DNA of 62,183 bases, filler included, from Choristocarpus tenellus KU-1152 (Eukaryota; Protista; Phaeophyceae): assembly GCA_964200185.2 (NCBI GenBank). It is 11 parts of 11 records of this genome, joined end to end, with 100 filler letters (N's around TTAATTAATTAA, not from the genome) between each part and the next. Parts side by side here need not be neighbours in the genome. Positions count along the whole stretch, not along the records: positions 7,421 to 18,703 come from CAXNAD020002409.1; positions 18,804 to 28,956 come from CAXNAD020003121.1; 9 more parts are not named here. One strand, 5' to 3'. The notes beneath the pieces are model-generated. The model was not told the origin of the DNA, searched no databases, and saw nothing but the letters and a program-made list of their open reading frames with translations. The number at the start of each line of letters is the position of its first letter. The stretch's first letter is position 1. The position numbers were made by a program, and so were the translations under genes. Shown here in pieces: positions 12,528 to 26,100 of the stretch.

Positions 12528-15500
12528 ATGTCCCCGTCAACAGGATTCGAGTCCCCTGGACTCGGTGTCGCGTTACAGGAGCGTGGAGAACTGGCTCAGC
12601 GTCGTTATAGACGGTTTGTTCGTCCCAGCAAGTCCCTTGATGATCATGCCCCGCACGATCCGTCCATCTCACACATGGGGACATTACGGCGGCCCATTCC
12701 TCGTACTGGCTCATCCGTAGTGGATTCTTATGGTTCCACTGGATTGCAATATAGTATGGAGAGGCTTTACGGACAACCTTCGGACCACGACGGACTATAT
12801 TCAGGAGAAAGACAACCCTCGGCGCGGGAGCATGGATGGGAGAGAGAGACCCAACGAGTTCCAATTCCACGTAGCGCCTCCGCAGTCTCTACCGTTGCGC
12901 CATCGCGTGGGTTCAAAACTATCACCTGGACAGAGACTGCGAATGCAGACGCCACTGTACCCGTTATCTATGAAGAGGATGATGAAGCCACCGATGGTCG
13001 CCGTCTTTCTCTCCCACAATATCCCAGTAGACCTTTACGAAATACAGTTAAAGTGGATGCACCTCCCATACTACGTTCTGTGACGAGTGGAGATGCCTGG
13101 GGGAGCCAATATTCTAACGCACAGCAAGCAGCAACAGCCAAACTTGCCAGCGAGACGGCCGCAGTTTCGGTCAGCTCTGGAAGTAGTCCGAGCACCATCA
13201 AAGGTCTGGGCTTAACTGGACGTGGGAGATGGGGGAGCGGTGACTTAGATGCTGAGAGCGACAGTGCAATCACCTTCGAGAGGAGCCTTTCAGAGACATC
13301 TTTGCCTTCGTTGCTGGGTTGGAAGTTTGCCGGCTCGATGCCATCAGATTCTACGAGAAGTGGCTTGGGTGATACGCCAGAGCCCTTAAATCAGAACCTG
13401 AAGGGGAAAGGTGTTGCAGCAATCTCCAACAAGTGGACAGACCGTCGACACAGTTCTGAGGCACGACCGAAAAGGGGCAATCCGCATGGTCTGGCTCCCA
13501 TTTCCATGCAAGGGTCTAATATCTTCAGCACCGTCGCCGAATCCACCCCGGAAAGGAGAGAAGCGCTTGTCAAGAGCATGGGCATTGAATGTGGTGGCCG
13601 CCAGCTGCCCAATGATGACACTCATATTGTTGCCGAGAAAAGCCTCTCTGACACATCAGTGATCAGCTCAGCTCATGGAAGACCCGAAATTGTCCGCAAT
13701 GTAAAAGTGAAAGCTGTGAATGACGAGAAAGTGAAGGAGGAAGACGGTGTGCTTGGTGGCAGCGTCGTTGCCATCAGCCGTCTATGCGCAGCGGCAGGTG
13801 GAAAGGGTAAAGGGATGACAGTCTACAAGCACAAGCGTGCTGGAGGAGGGAAGTCCAGGAAATTTCTGAAGTACGATAGAGCTGCCGGAGTGATAACGTG
13901 GACTGCCACCCGTCCACCTTTTTCAAAGACATCAATCAAGTTAAAGGAGGTCAAGGAGATTTCCCGGGATAGTCGGGTCGTGAAAGTGGTCATCACAGAT
14001 CAGGAGCCGGTGAGGTTGCAAATGTTGTATCTCGTTGTAGATACGTTGTCCAAGGCCATTACTCCCTGTATTGAACCAGTGACTTCTTTTGCTCAACTTT
14101 TCGCATGTCAGAGCGAAAGTATGTGAGCATATTTTCGCCTCTATGATTTCAGATGTTCAAAACTGTGCAATTTGGATGTAAGCCATGACAAGTTAATAGA
14201 CTCTCACCAATGTTCCCCTGGTACCACTTCCTATCAAGGTGCAATTCGAGACAGACAACCTCACAGATGCAATTATACTTGAGTCAGGTCTTCGTGCCTC
14301 TTTACTGAAGCCTCCACAGCCATCATCCATGGCTGGTGTTGGTAGGAGGGGAGAATTTCATGTACCACAGAAGCAGGCTGGTGACTCTCGGTCAAGCTTT
14401 ACTTCGAGCAATGCTAGCACTATTGTGGCATCCCCTGTAGCTGTAGTCGCTACCCCAACTAATCCTACTGGCTCACCTGCCACTGGTCAAGCGCACGTAA
14501 ATGGACAATCTGCAACATCCGTTGTGAGGCGGTCTAGGAATTCTTTGCCGTCTCGGAGTACAGGTGAAACCCCATCGAGACTTGCTCCAAGGAATGACAC
14601 CTTCTTGACACCACCCAGTCAGAATGGCCTTTCTGCAGATAACCGACCTGCCCGAAATGGGGATCGGCACATTTTATCAGCAATGCCTCGGCAGGATGCG
14701 ATGCGGGCGAAGGAGCAGCAGCGACCGCTAAGTTCTGTGCCGAAACGTTTGCAGGTTGTGGATCGTCAGGATAGTAGGGTCTCAGATGGGTCGGTGACAG
14801 GAGGGGAGGTCATGCTCAAGAGGAGTCTATCTGAGTCTTCTCTGCTTGAATCTTCCTATAGCCCAAAAGGGAATGTTGTTTCTGCTTATGAGATTGAATC
14901 CATCCCAAACACCGAGCACACAGTTGTACCATCGCCATCACTGCTGTCGGCAGAGGATTCTGTTGCCCTGCGCCGCCTGTGCCTTGCTGCCCCAGCCAAG
15001 GGCAAGGGGATGGCAGTGTACAAGCGCAAAGCTGGGAAAGAGGGGCGCATGGGTCGCAGGATCTTGAGGTTCGATGGCGCAGCTGGTGTTCTGTCATGGG
15101 CTGCACCTCTCCCCCCTTTTGGTAGGACAAGAGTGCAAGCCAGGGATATTCTGGGTGCTGTTCGTGCGGGTCGGATCATCACTCTGACACTGAGTGACCG
15201 CGAACCGGTGAGGAAGAGGGAATAGGTTTTTTCTTATTAACTTTTTTCTGAATGTGATATGGCAGGGGAGTAGGTTTCTAGTAGGAGCAGTTTTGTCTTG
15301 TTCAACGGCCTGATTTTCAGTTATGTGTGCTGCTCATGCTCTTCATTGGTTGAAATGGATCTTCCTTTTCCACTCGATGAAGTGGAGATTGAACACCGAT
15401 AGCTGCTTCTATTGTCATAAACATCTGTCCTTGCATATGTGAAATTCTTACTAGTCCCGTTCCCTGTGCCTGTACACTGCTACACATTACCAAAGGTGAT

Positions 15501-15579
15501 CTTTGAGACCGACCAGCTTTCGGAGACAATGATCCTTGAAGGCGGACTCAGTGCCATTGCAAGGGTGGCTTTGCGGTAA
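12528..15579 (+). CDS. Ser-rich disordered protein with two PH-like domains; exons ~12521/12528-14009, 14239-15207, 15496-15579 (possible upstream exon 12201-12293)
   Basis: Long ORFs of 532 and 328 aa. GT-AG introns in phase 0 complete both domains: KGKGMTVYKHK...VITW...DQEP|VQFETDNLTDAIILESGL and KGKGMAVYKRK...VLSW...DREP|VIFETDQLSETMILEGGL...TAA. The pattern fits the PH fold (beta strands plus C-terminal helix). Confidence 0.8.
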
Positions 15580-18394
15580 CCCCTTTTGTGAGAATTAAAA
15601 ATAATGCCAACTGGATAGAAAATCTTACCTGTTTTTATAAGCTAGGATAAGGATCCATGCGCTATATTGCAAGGACATGGTGGTGCTCTTGTACTAACAT
15701 CTTGTGTTAAGTCTGCGAAGCAAATGTTGAGGATGATATGTGAGTAAGGTGTTCTCTGTGCTGTGAGTAGACCCCATTCTTGCTCTATTGTTGAGAAATA
15801 CTGCAGTGTTCCTGCTGTGCAGTGGTCTCTTTTCATTGCACTAATGGGGTTATTCTTGGTTTATGATATGTTCTTACACTTAGTAGTTGTCTAGAGGGTA
15901 GACTTTTGCATGCCACTGAATTTATGGCATCAGTGCAACCTTGTGGTTTAGTTGATGCATCGGTTGGAAGTGGGACTGTGTTGTGGCTTGGAATGGATAT
16001 GTTGCCCCTTGATTTACAACTTCCATTTTTTGTAGTTATGCCTTTAGTAAAATATGTGTTACACATTCTGAAGCTAATGGTAATGAAACAATAGCAGATG
16101 AAGAGAGTGTCACCTGGAAGTATCTATGTTTTACACTATGTAGCACCCTCTCTGGAGATTACCAGTAGAGTTGGTTGTTACACTGTTTTTTATGTCAACC
16201 GACTGTTTAGATCTTGTGTTTTGCATCGAAGCATATTTTCCACTTCCTATTTCCCTCCTGTTTGGCTAAGAAGTGACGAAAGATATTGAGTTTGGAGGTT
16301 GGGAAGAATTACGTGTAATGTAGCAGTAGGCCTACTGTCTCAAAGCAGTCAATCCTGGTTGAACTTACAATGATTGTGCAAACGATCTTTTACTGTAACG
16401 CAAACTGTCGATTTCCTTGCCTATCCAATAGGGATCTATCACGAATTTGACTTGTATTGCTACAGTACCCACTATCTGGCTTAACAGAGAGTACATGGAT
16501 ATTTTCTAGGTTACATGTATTTTATTGTCAGATGCTTTTTTTAATTTTATTGGATATGTAACAACTGCTTGATCTTTTTATTTTATGTGAATGGCATATC
16601 TACAAAACAGAGGAACATGCATTGTGTTGGAGAGTCTGTGCTAGGAAGAATTTGAGGGCTCTATACCGGACATGTGCAGTTGTGGAAGGTCCAGTCATGT
16701 ATATAATGACAAGTGTTTTTAAAAGGATATCCAGATTGTGGACTATTTGACTGCTGACATTTCCGGGAGATCAATTCCCAAGCAACTAGGATTTCTGAAA
16801 GGTCTGGTTCGGACTGTGGCTGACTTGCATCATTTCATCGTGAAATATTCAGTTCAAGGCTGCCAAGGACTTTTGAAAAGTTTGGTTCGGATCACTGTCC
16901 CATTTAATCTCCTTTTGAATGAGACAGTGCCAGATCAATGGGGTTTCTAAGAGATCCGATCCAGACATGAGTCCGCTCCAATTCTGGTCCTGCCCCACCC
17001 CAAGGGACTGGTCTGTCTGTGGTTGTTCGTAAAAGAACTCTAGATATGACTGTAGTATGATAATTGTTCTAATTCTACTTTTTGCCTCGTAGTCTGATCC
17101 AACACTGATATGTGGCTGGCACTGTTACCTTCCTGCTTCAACATCGTTCACAACACGAACCTAATGAGTAGATTAATTATCAACCTGAGACGCACACTAT
17201 CTTAAAGGTATTCTAAAATTGTATTATTTTAGCAAGTGTGATAGACTGTAATGCTCGCAAAAATATCCTCACGCAAGTTTTTAGAGGCAACATCAACAAT
17301 GGTGATGGTGTGAGTCCTGATTGCTGCTCATGTCATGCACGTAGCGAGGGTTGAGGTGACGCATACAGACATTGCCCATGAAGCAGGCCCATGAAGGAGA
17401 ACAGGAACATTGATTGCTATGAAAACATGATGCTCATCAAGTGTAGAGGAAGGTATCTTACTGGCTAGAGGTGATATTTATTAATACCTGAAGTATAATA
17501 CTCTTGGTGTTCAAAAACTGGACTCCCTGATCAGTAGTACATTTTCATACTTATGATACTTGACATCCGTGCTGAAATGTTGTGGTAAATATGCTTTAGT
17601 TGTGAATACATGTATCACAAAGTATGATGAGGATGTCTCGATGTCTCGGAACGTATGGAGTGTGACGAAACATACACATATATACCACATAGATGTATTG
17701 TATATGTATATGAAGAGAACAGTATTACGTGTTGGAGTGGGGAACGGAGTGTGTGATATTATCTTCATATAATGGATGTTGGACCTCCCGAACCATTTAT
17801 TCACTTTTTTTTCGTATATCTAGCATAGTGTTGTGTACGTTTGTGTATGAAATGAAGTTACATTATATAACAGGTGATGCAACACATGTTGAAAAACAAT
17901 AAGAATACTTCGATGTAGAAGTGCGTAGTAACATATAGTAGGGATGCCATGCCCTGTAAGCAGTCTCGTCGAAAATATACGCTGAACGAATTTTTTTCAT
18001 CCCAAAACACTGAAGTGCAAAATATATCTAGGTACATATGTTTTGTCCATAAAATGTTGTCCCAAATGTTGTTCATAGCACAAAGTAAACGTTTACAACA
18101 TTGTGTTGTGAAAGAAATACTACGTTGTCTGGTTGTGTAGGACTTTTTTGGAACATCTTCAGTAGTAGAGGTCTGTATGACTTTTAAGCTAAAATTGTAT
18201 TTTTTTTGTGTTCAGTATGATCCACAGGTTTGTGGTCGTTGCAATGTTTTAAAGGCAGGCACATGAAATTAGCAGTGCCCTCACAATGCAACATCGGAAA
18301 GTTAAGCGTTAGTACATAACCAATGATGTTGATGATCCATCGGAATGATAATTGTGATGGTAACGATGCCTCGACCCACCAAGCCAAACTAAAC

Positions 18395-18703
18395 CAGAGA
18401 TGCACAGGTTTTGGTCGTTTCGCATTTTAAGCCAGTTTTTCAATCTTTTGCATTTCATCCATATCAAGCCAAACCAATTGAGAGATAGATAGGCAGGTTT
18501 GGACCCTTTTTGTATTCCAAGCCATTTTGGGTCAAAGTATCTGGGGGGGGGGTGGCGGCTATCCATCTGGGGCCAATTTTGTCATGTCGCGATTTTTGGG
18601 TGATTTAGTTCCATACGTTGGATGGATAATAAAAGTGCACTTTTCCTAGTATTGGTCCAAATGGACACTCTGGTGTAGAATCACCCACCACCCTCACACC
18701 CCC
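18395..18703 (+). mobile_element. Dispersed repeat / MITE family A copy running into the contig end
   Basis: gggtcaaagtatctggggggg...aaatggacactctggtgtag matches 38455-38629. 18470-18530 is similar to the reverse complement of 2925-2975. Confidence 0.7.
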
Positions 18704-18803
18704 NNNNNNNNNNNNNNNNNNNNNNNNNNNNNNNNNNNNNNNNNNNNTTAATTAATTAANNNNNNNNNNNNNNNNNNNNNNNNNNNNNNNNNNNNNNNNN
18801 NNN
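18704..18803. other. Artificial contig linker
   Basis: 44N+TTAATTAATTAA+44N. Confidence 0.99.
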
Positions 18804-19850
18804 CCCCCCAGATACTTTGAGCTATATAAAAATAATACATCGTATACCTCCGGCATATAATAATACATAGAACATATACAAGCCAAGTACAGTCTACATT
18901 CTGTGCATCACTATTTAATACGCGCAGCGCAGTAGAAGCAGTAGAAGTACTACATACTACACTCAGACGTAAGCACACAGTGCTAAACATTGAACATGTA
19001 TGACAAAAAGTATTCTATATACATATTGAAGGTACCGACATACAGACAACACATGCACGCAAACATCTGTCTTCTTCAACATGCAGACGGTAGTTGTGGA
19101 TTCCACACTCTGTTGAAGGCTCTCAACAAGGAAAGAGGGTTATGCATACTGAACATGTCTCTGTTACATGTTTTGCAGGCTGCTCTTCATTTCAACTATT
19201 TATTTAAGAAAGTGTGAAATCCACAATTGCCATCTGCAGGACTTGCGTGAACCTCCATAGATCTTTCTTAATTGATGTAGCGTTCAACCCATGAATTAGA
19301 AAAACCGCCTGAGGATACAGACCCAGCAAGAATGGGAAGGGCAGGGGCTAGTAGGGAAACAAAAATAATTGTAGATCAGAGATATTTGAACTCCTGCTAA
19401 CTAGAGATGAGCTGATGTTACGTTGGACGATAGAACTGTACAAGCAAACAATACCAGCACTACTGCTTGGTGTGGTTGGAGCTATCACTATTAATATCAC
19501 CACTAGCACTGTCATGGTAGGAAATATAGCAAATATTTGAAGTACTGTCTCCACTTCTAACTGTTAGTGACAACTACCATCACCGCCACACATGAGAAAT
19601 GATGAGAAGCACTACCTTTTCCAGCACTAATCAAAAGGACAAGAATGGTAATCAGTGTTTTTTGCAGCAACCTTGGTGAGAAACAAAAACATAATTGTGG
19701 AAAAGAAGGATGGAGAGGGAACGAGGCAAAGAAGCACCACTGGTATGAAAGAAGCTCGTATAATCGTGTTGCCAAATACTAGTGTAAACATGTTACATCA
19801 TTTAAACAGTTCTTTACCCACATGCACAAGAAAATCAAATTATGATATGA

Positions 19851-20109
19851 AAGTAAAAGTATCTCAGAGGGTAGAGCCGCGTCCATTTGGGGGTCAAAAT
19901 CCAACCTTGCAATTTTGATGTAATTTTGGCTATCTTGTTTGTTAGGAAATGCCAACATCCTTGTTCCGGACATACCTTTTCGTAACGTAAACATTTTATC
20001 TACTCCAAAAGAATTTTGGAGCAGGTAAAATGTCATTAAAAACCCGTAGGAAGCCAAGCCCCAAATGGACAAACAGGGAAAAACTTGTACCTCTAAGATA
20101 CTTTCACTC
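19851..20109 (+). mobile_element. MITE family B (~260 bp), 4-bp TSD ATGA
   Basis: TIRs aagtaaaagtatctcagagggta / tacctctaagatactttcactc; ATGA on both flanks; homologous to 24907 and 60246. Confidence 0.85.
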
Positions 20110-20659
20110 ATGATGAACACCCCCGAGTATTAACACCAGTACTAGTAATAACCCACCCATGAAGACCCCCTCCAAGTCACATGTTAGAGTATCAAAGATC
20201 AGCCACACCACATTGTCCTAGCCAACCCTACGTCAGAACCCATGTGAGGTAGGTACACAGAATTGATGAACAACTCAACTTATGAAAAAACATGGCCATG
20301 TTGGACATCTCAGACTCAGTCCCTCCCCACTCCACCTTCTACAACTCTAGCATCTTGTGACAAAAGCATATCTTATCGAAGATAATCTGTTCAACAATAG
20401 TGGTGGTTAACCTGTATACGCCTTGGAAATGAGCGGAAGTAAAGTACAATTGTATTAGCATTGTTGACTACCAACCCACCATTGAATGCGACAGCCTACT
20501 AAGTGCTTTTCAGACCTCGTCAAAGCAGGACTAAATTGTCGAGGAAGACTAAGTGGATCATTAATTCAAGGCTATGGTATTCCCCAATACCCTCTCCCTT
20601 GTACTGCAGATGGTTCGACTGACGTCGTCCTTGGCATTTTCGTCATGGGCCTCATTCTC

Positions 20660-23095
20660 AGCTAGTATAGACTGACTTTCTCCTCTGCATGGTCACCACA
20701 GGCCTCATTCTTAGCAAGCTGACTCCTGTCAAAATCCGTACTTTCGCCTATAGGGAAAGAGCGCGGAACAATTTTTGGGTGAAACACGGGCCACACAAAT
20801 TGAGCAGCATCAGAGTAACAAAGACTAACTATTCCGTGACAGAAAACGAGGAGTTAATTACCAAACCAACTTGGGATGTAGAAATGTGTTCGTTTGAACC
20901 ACTTCAATCCGTGACCAAGACACGACGCTGAGTGAAGAAAGAGCCCTGCACCTTTGAAACAACAGAAGAACATGCAATTGAGTGTATAGTGTGTTCTACT
21001 GGGGCCTAGACATGTTTGGGAAGGCTAAGTCGACTACATACCTCCACTCTGCTGTGCTTCTTTATTGTGGTGACTAGTGGTGCCCCAGAAGAGATTTTTC
21101 GTGGAATAAGGAAGATGGGTCGGACTGCAACTGGACGGACGTAATTTATCTGTAATCGAAGTTCTCTCGAACAAACGCTTGGCAAACTTAACATATGTGG
21201 GTTCCTTCGTATGTATTGTTCTAGATGCCAAATTGTCAACAAATAATGTGTACCTATTCCATAACATAGGCTATACTACAAGAATCAACACAGTTATCAT
21301 CATTCGGAAAAGATCGCTGTAGAGGGATGAAAGACCTGCCCTCTGTTCTTATAAACTCTTCTTTCACAAATTTCACGATTTCCTGTTTATTTTAGGAATC
21401 AACGAGTATTTCTCAGAACTTGACTAAAAGTTTAAAAAATAAAATTGGGCACTATCCTCATGTTCAGTTTTTTTCTGTCCTGGCTGTTCACGCTTCCTGC
21501 CCCTCCACCAGGACACTTGAGACTTTTTCACCTCCAACAGTGCGGCTACTGTGGCAGAGGCAACCTTCTACCCAATCCTGGCAGGGCTGGGCGTGGTTAG
21601 AATAGATCTTGTCAGGATGGGTCGAACATGTTACAATTCGAAAGTGCTTGGAGAAATTTGTCTATCCAAACGATATGATGTTTCTAGGCTTTGGTAGGAT
21701 CAGGCTAGATTCCGGTCGCTAGATGGCCCAAAGGATAGGAATTTAAATGTTTTGGGCAGGGTAACTTGGCACCTAGATGACGTGTCCCAACACCATCGAC
21801 TCCAAAGGTATGTTTGCCACCCTTGGTAATGAACGTATGAAGGCTGAACTCATTGCCATTTCAAGATACCCCAAGATTTTATCAATCCGTGTAAGGGGAC
21901 AGATGGTATTGAGTAATTCAGTTGCACACAGGAAGGTAAGCACGCTCCCTTCTTGTTTAGCACCGGTGGTATGGCCTGCTTTTCAAGTAACGATTTCAAT
22001 GCTCCCTCAACGTTGCAACAAAACAACTGCCCAATTCTTAGAATACGAAAGTTTTACAAATCTCATGTTCTATTCGTTGCTTACGGGCTTGATACACACC
22101 AATGCCTCAATATTCCCTTCCTGCTTTGTTCTATGGACATAGGAAGCTCCAAGAGTACAGTGAGACGCGGAGGGACTCCACTGTAGGATTTCTGCGCTTT
22201 GGCATTGTCGACTTAATAGATTAGATGCCCGATCGAAGCAAGAATCACCTCTACGTTATGACCAAGATTGTACTTCACACAGCCAAGAACATTACATGTA
22301 TATAGTAGTATCCTGAAGTGACCTCTGCTGGACCTACTGCTGCTCGATCCTCTACTACTACCACTACTACTACGACGAAGATTGCAATTTGTGGATGAAT
22401 ATTGAATTGATAAGGTGTTTGTGGCTGCATCCTACACACGTTTTACTTCGAATTATTCATTTCCATGCTTTTTTTTTTAGGAAACACCTACCACCTGTGC
22501 TATCCTCTTCCTGTGCTTAATGGTGCACGGGGTAGGTTCGCTCATTACGTTGCTACCATCGTTTCTGTTCCCCTTTACTATCATCTCTTGCTTTTTTGCA
22601 TATTTTTTTCCTGTTATTATCTACCAAGGTGTGCGGTCAAATATTGAAGTGCCATCACTGCTTCAGCACTTGTTGAAGAGGTGTCTGTACTCAGGCATCT
22701 TGGTATAGACAACGAATTGATGACGATGTGTGTCTGTTGTTGTTGTTATTATCGACCTCTGGCATTCACAATCCATTTGAAGTTGACATATCAGGACAAC
22801 TCCTTCACCTAAAAAAACACCATCACCTCCCACACACACCCTCCCCCGCGGGATTTTGGCGGCATAGAGGCACAGTATGCCATTTTTTTTAGTGGAAATG
22901 CTGTTTGTTATTGATATTGTTACTGCTGTGTGGTGAGTAGCTGTTCTTGTTGTCGTGTTGTATTGACACAGCCGAGAGCGAGTGGTTTGACACTGTGCAC
23001 CCATCCCTTCAACATTAAAGCCACTCAATACTCCTACTGCTGCTACTAGTTCCTTAATTTCTCGTTGGTTTTCTTATTTTTCTCCAGCTTTTTCT

Positions 23096-23134
<39 letters not shown>

Positions 23135-26100
23135 GCAGCATTACTGGTATTGATATTTTTACTCATCACACATTATATTGCACTCGCTACTCAAAAGACC
23201 ATTACTACTACTACTAATGTACAATAATCATGAAGTGGAGAAAATTGACAAAAAATTAGGAGTAACGCGGTTTTGACAGCCACAACAACAATGCCACAGC
23301 AGGGAGCGGAGGAGAAAAAGAGGAAGCGCAGGAAATAATCAATCATAATGTGCGTGAGCTGTCAGTGTATTTTGTGGTGGCAGTGGTAGCAGTTGTATTT
23401 ATAGCACTGGTAGAAAGTAGTAATAATAAAGGTTTAACACAAAAGAACTCTCATGGTCACACACACAACGTACAGAGTTACATCAAATTAAACAACAGGC
23501 TTCACCATGGATGGCCACAAAATGAATGAGGTTGGAGGTACACACCATATATTGCCAACAGAGTGCACAAATGCCTATGACACAGCACCGTTAAATATCA
23601 ATAGACTTGTCCTCATCTCAACAAGCCTCACCAGCGACAAATTAAATGTGTATGAGAAAATTATGATTTTGTTCCTTCTCACAGAACATAATGGCTAAGA
23701 AATCCAAGTTCGAGGAAAAGTCACTCTGGGTTTCAATGAGCGACTCTGAATTGAAAACATTCTGCGCTGAAAATTGGGTATATTTCATAGGGGTATAAAA
23801 AAGGCACATTACGGAAACGGTCAAAATTTGTAATATATACTTTGTACATTTTAATTAGAATGAGGTGGGAGACTTATTTTGGCAGATTAGACACATACCT
23901 ACGATAATCTAGAAAATACTTCCCACCGTTCCGAACAGTGTTAATGTAAGATAGAGCAAACAATAATGTATAATTAGCAACGGTGTGTTTTAGTCATACA
24001 GTACAATTGATGCAAGAATAATCCCAGGCTACATACATATTACACACTCCACGGTACTCCTTAGTAACATTAATAAGGCTGCTATCCTTATCGATACTCC
24101 TGGAAGCAACACATGTACATCATCATCATCGATAATTTCGCATCATCTACGATTAATGGTAGGTTAAAAAAACTATTCACAGTGTGCATCGCTACCTATT
24201 TCACACCTTGCATATCTAGCTACCTGAGGTCTGGATCACTGCTGTGCTATAGCATCTGTTGACCTTTGATGTCAGGACAGCACTTCCTCCTTGAGTAGGA
24301 GAGTCGGTAAAGGGACACATTTGTCTGTGTCAGCGGATCTACTGGTGGGTGAGTGTTGGAACTTTGATTAGGAACAACAGAAGAAGAGCTTGGTGATCTT
24401 CTATAGTCCTTGGAAACGGTGGTATTGTTTTCTGCGAGTAGTGAGGACTGAAAGTGTGATCTCCTCCCCTTCTTTTGATCAAGGAATGCACAAAAAGATT
24501 AATAATGAAGTTTTTAGTGCTGTGAGTCAAGAGCACGATGTCGAATAACTAGTGTTTCCTTTTGTCGTGTGTGCTGATCGATGTGTATAAAATAGTTTCT
24601 TGTAATTTTATCCTTAGTATGGTACAATACAAAGTAGTAACATACATAGCGGTATGATGGGCTAGTCTTTGGCCATACGTCAGAGATAATAGATGGCTAA
24701 GACAATGGCCCAGCGGATAATCAATAACCAGTGTATGTTTACCATGTAACTCAACCAACACCTTCCGGAGACAAACCTTTCCTGCACAAAGCTATTCAAC
24801 ACAGGAGAGATTATCTTGCACAAGAAGAGATAAATATTTGTTATAGTAGTATCCGTTTTTTGCGTGATGGTGATTGGTGAAATAAATTTTGTACTCCTAA
24901 TGAATTGAGCCAAAGTATCTTAGAGGGTAAGGCCGCGTCCATTTGGGGACCAAAATCCAATGTTGTGATTTTGATGTAATTTTGTCCATCGTGTTTGTTA
25001 GGGTTAGGATTAATATCCTTGTTCCTGACACACCTCTTCATAATGTATACATTTTACCTACTCCAAAACATTTTGGAGTAGGAAATTGTCCTAAAAAAAC
25101 ACATGGGAAGCCAAGCCCCAAATGGACAAACAGGGCTAAACTCGTACCCTCTAAGATACTTTCACTCAATAGGATGAATTTCCCTTGCAACACCTTTGCA
25201 TACTGTCTAGGTGGGTGTTGCCATTGTAATAATCGTGTGAGGCTATGGTTTATGAGAAAGGAGGGGGGGGAGTTGCATAGTGCTTAAGTAAACCTCCTTG
25301 TCTATAAGGGTGCGTCCTTCTGTGTATTGGATCCCATCTATGATTCAATAGGCAGTTTCCCTTTCAATTCTGCACACATGACCAAGCTTTTGTACTTGAG
25401 AGTATCTAATTGGTGTGATATCGACTTAATATTTGTTTCTTTGCCATATCAAGATTAATTTGCCAAGTTCCAGGAACAAATGCTTGATCAAAGACAACAA
25501 CCTCTGTTGCAAACTAAGGTACCCCAAAAAAATGTTTGGGGTTCCTCACCACATCTATCATCTGTTGTGCTTTCTTGATCATCTCTGTTGCCTTTTCGCC
25601 CATGCCCTTCCCTATCCCCAGCAGCCGTGTCTTTAAGTCCACTTCCTCAGTATTCTCCAGGGGAGTTAAGTTACCAGGAGATAGAAAATCCTCACAATTT
25701 AGGTGTTTCCAAGAAGTATTATATGTTGAAATTATTCTTAAGCAGGTACAGTAATATCATTTACAAATATTCAACATTCAAATTTGACAACTAGTAGAAT
25801 TCCTACGGAGCGATCACTTTGCAAGAGGAAAATTTTGAGGATTACTGATATACTGCAGTGGGGCAAAGAACCTGGTATCTAAGAGGAAGCCAAAGATGGT
25901 CTCAGTATTTTGTTCGACACATCTTGGATAATTTGTATCAGTAATTTTAATGCCAATACAACCAGCACGATATGTGTGATGACTAGAGAATTTTGCCATA
26001 GCCAGATCAAGCATAGTGGAGTATCTGTGTCAAAACTCTATTGCAAGGTAAATTATCATCAGTACACTCCTCCAACATGAGCAAGTATTGAAGTAAATAA

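Noticed and set aside
12340-15182. Many antisense and alternate-frame ORFs over the PH gene (and 32624-33076 over the kinase, 55643-56338 over RRS1)
   Set aside because: Shadow ORFs of the real + strand exons.
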